This document shows, piece by piece, positions 63,230-64,000 of a stretch of DNA of 64,000 nucleotides. The notes beneath the pieces were generated by a model. That model searched no databases and was not told the origin of the DNA. It saw nothing but the letters and a program-made list of their open reading frames with translations. Position 1 is the first letter of the stretch, and each line of letters opens with the position of its first letter. The DNA is from an uncultured delta proteobacterium (GTDB lineage: Bacteria; Desulfobacterota; WTBG01), in the NCBI GenBank assembly GCA_963793865.1, contig CAWCBP010000001.1, positions 448,001 through 512,000 of the forward strand. The letters run 5' to 3'. The translations under genes and the position numbers were made by a program.

Positions 63230-64000
63230 ATGAAAGCATCTTCTTGTGCCCTTCTCTTGTGCTTAAGCGCTGCCCTCTGCGGAAGGGCGATGCCCCTGCA
63301 TGCCGGGCAGAAGCCGCAGCAAAAGATAGCCATTCTTCCCCTGACCACCGGCGGGCAGGAGAATATAGGTTATATTGCCGAAGGCCTGAGGGACATGATA
63401 GCCTCGCGTGTCGCTTCCGGCTCCGGCCTGGCGGTTATTGAGCAGGCCGCGGTACAAGCAAAATATGCCGGTGCCGGCCGGGAAACCCCGTCGCTGGAAA
63501 AGGTGCGGGGGGTGGGAAAGTCGCTCGGGGCTGATTACGTGCTTTTCGGCAGCGCAGCGACGATGGGGAACGACCTGATCATCGCTGTCAACATGCTTGC
63601 CGTCTCGGGTACGGGGCCCCCCGTGCCGGTATTTTCGCAAACCCTGGGGCAGGACGAGGTGATACCCCGTCTGCAGCTCATCGCCCAGGAGGTGAGGGAT
63701 GCGGCGGCTGACGGTCTGATGGACCGGGAAGAAGACAGCCCCCCGCTGTCGCCCGCGGAAGAGCCGAAGGTGTCAGAGGGGGAGGGGAAGGCAGGCCCTG
63801 CGCCAGAGTCGGCGGCAGGCCCCGAACCCCCGATGGAAAGCTCCGATGCGGTCAAACCTGATGAACCGGGGGAAGCAGCCGCCGGCAGTGACCATGAGGG
63901 GGAGGCCGGGCAGGAAGCGGGCAGCGGCGAAGCTGTTGGTGAGAAGGGAGAACGGGAGGGAAGAATAAGGGACCTTCTGTTTAAGAAGAAGGGCGACATT
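63230..64000 (+). CDS. Exported protein with TolB-N/CsgG-like domain and acidic linker (3' partial)
   Basis: Frame open from ATG 63230 to the window end: signal peptide, KIAILP, GLRDMIASR, LGADYVLFGS; absent from the ORF track because it has no stop. Confidence 0.8.
   Translation, partial: MKASSCALLLCLSAALCGRAMPLHAGQKPQQKIAILPLTTGGQENIGYIAEGLRDMIASRVASGSGLAVIEQAAVQAKYAGAGRETPSLEKVRGVGKSLGADYVLFGSAATMGNDLIIAVNMLAVSGTGPPVPVFSQTLGQDEVIPRLQLIAQEVRDAAADGLMDREEDSPPLSPAEEPKVSEGEGKAGPAPESAAGPEPPMESSDAVKPDEPGEAAAGSDHEGEAGQEAGSGEAVGEKGEREGRIRDLLFKKKGDI

Overview
GC-rich bacterial chromosomal segment. The tilS-ftsH-folP-cdaA-cdaR-pdxJ-nnr-tsaE-lysC-cimA-comEA gene order and the repeat families suggest a Desulfobacterota/deltaproteobacterial anaerobe (inference). 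About 65 CDSs: core metabolism (class V aminotransferase, serA, purA, pgm, nucleotide-sugar enzymes), redox and stress enzymes, envelope and secreted proteins, and signalling genes. I saw no rRNA, tRNA, CRISPR array, transposase or integrase. At least seven genes (purA, ccp, a Tat aminotransferase, pgm, ftsH, folP, galE) carry single-base indels, most likely uncorrected sequencing errors. Most interesting: (1) a stand-alone UbiV-like/UbiU-like U32 Fe-S pair with no ubi context; (2) a 22-aa Lys-rich peptide gene behind a promoter overlapped by tandem NrdR-like boxes; (3) a 39-aa basic small gene missing from the ORF track; (4) dense intergenic heptamer/octamer arrays, GTAG-REPs, GTCAT..ATGAC palindromes and IS-end MITEs; (5) a TMTC-like GT-C/TPR protein paired with a Cys-rich exported protein; (6) a possible sigma28 -> GAF enhancer-binding protein -> sigma54 relay; (7) an atypical ClpX-like ATPase with a J-domain partner.
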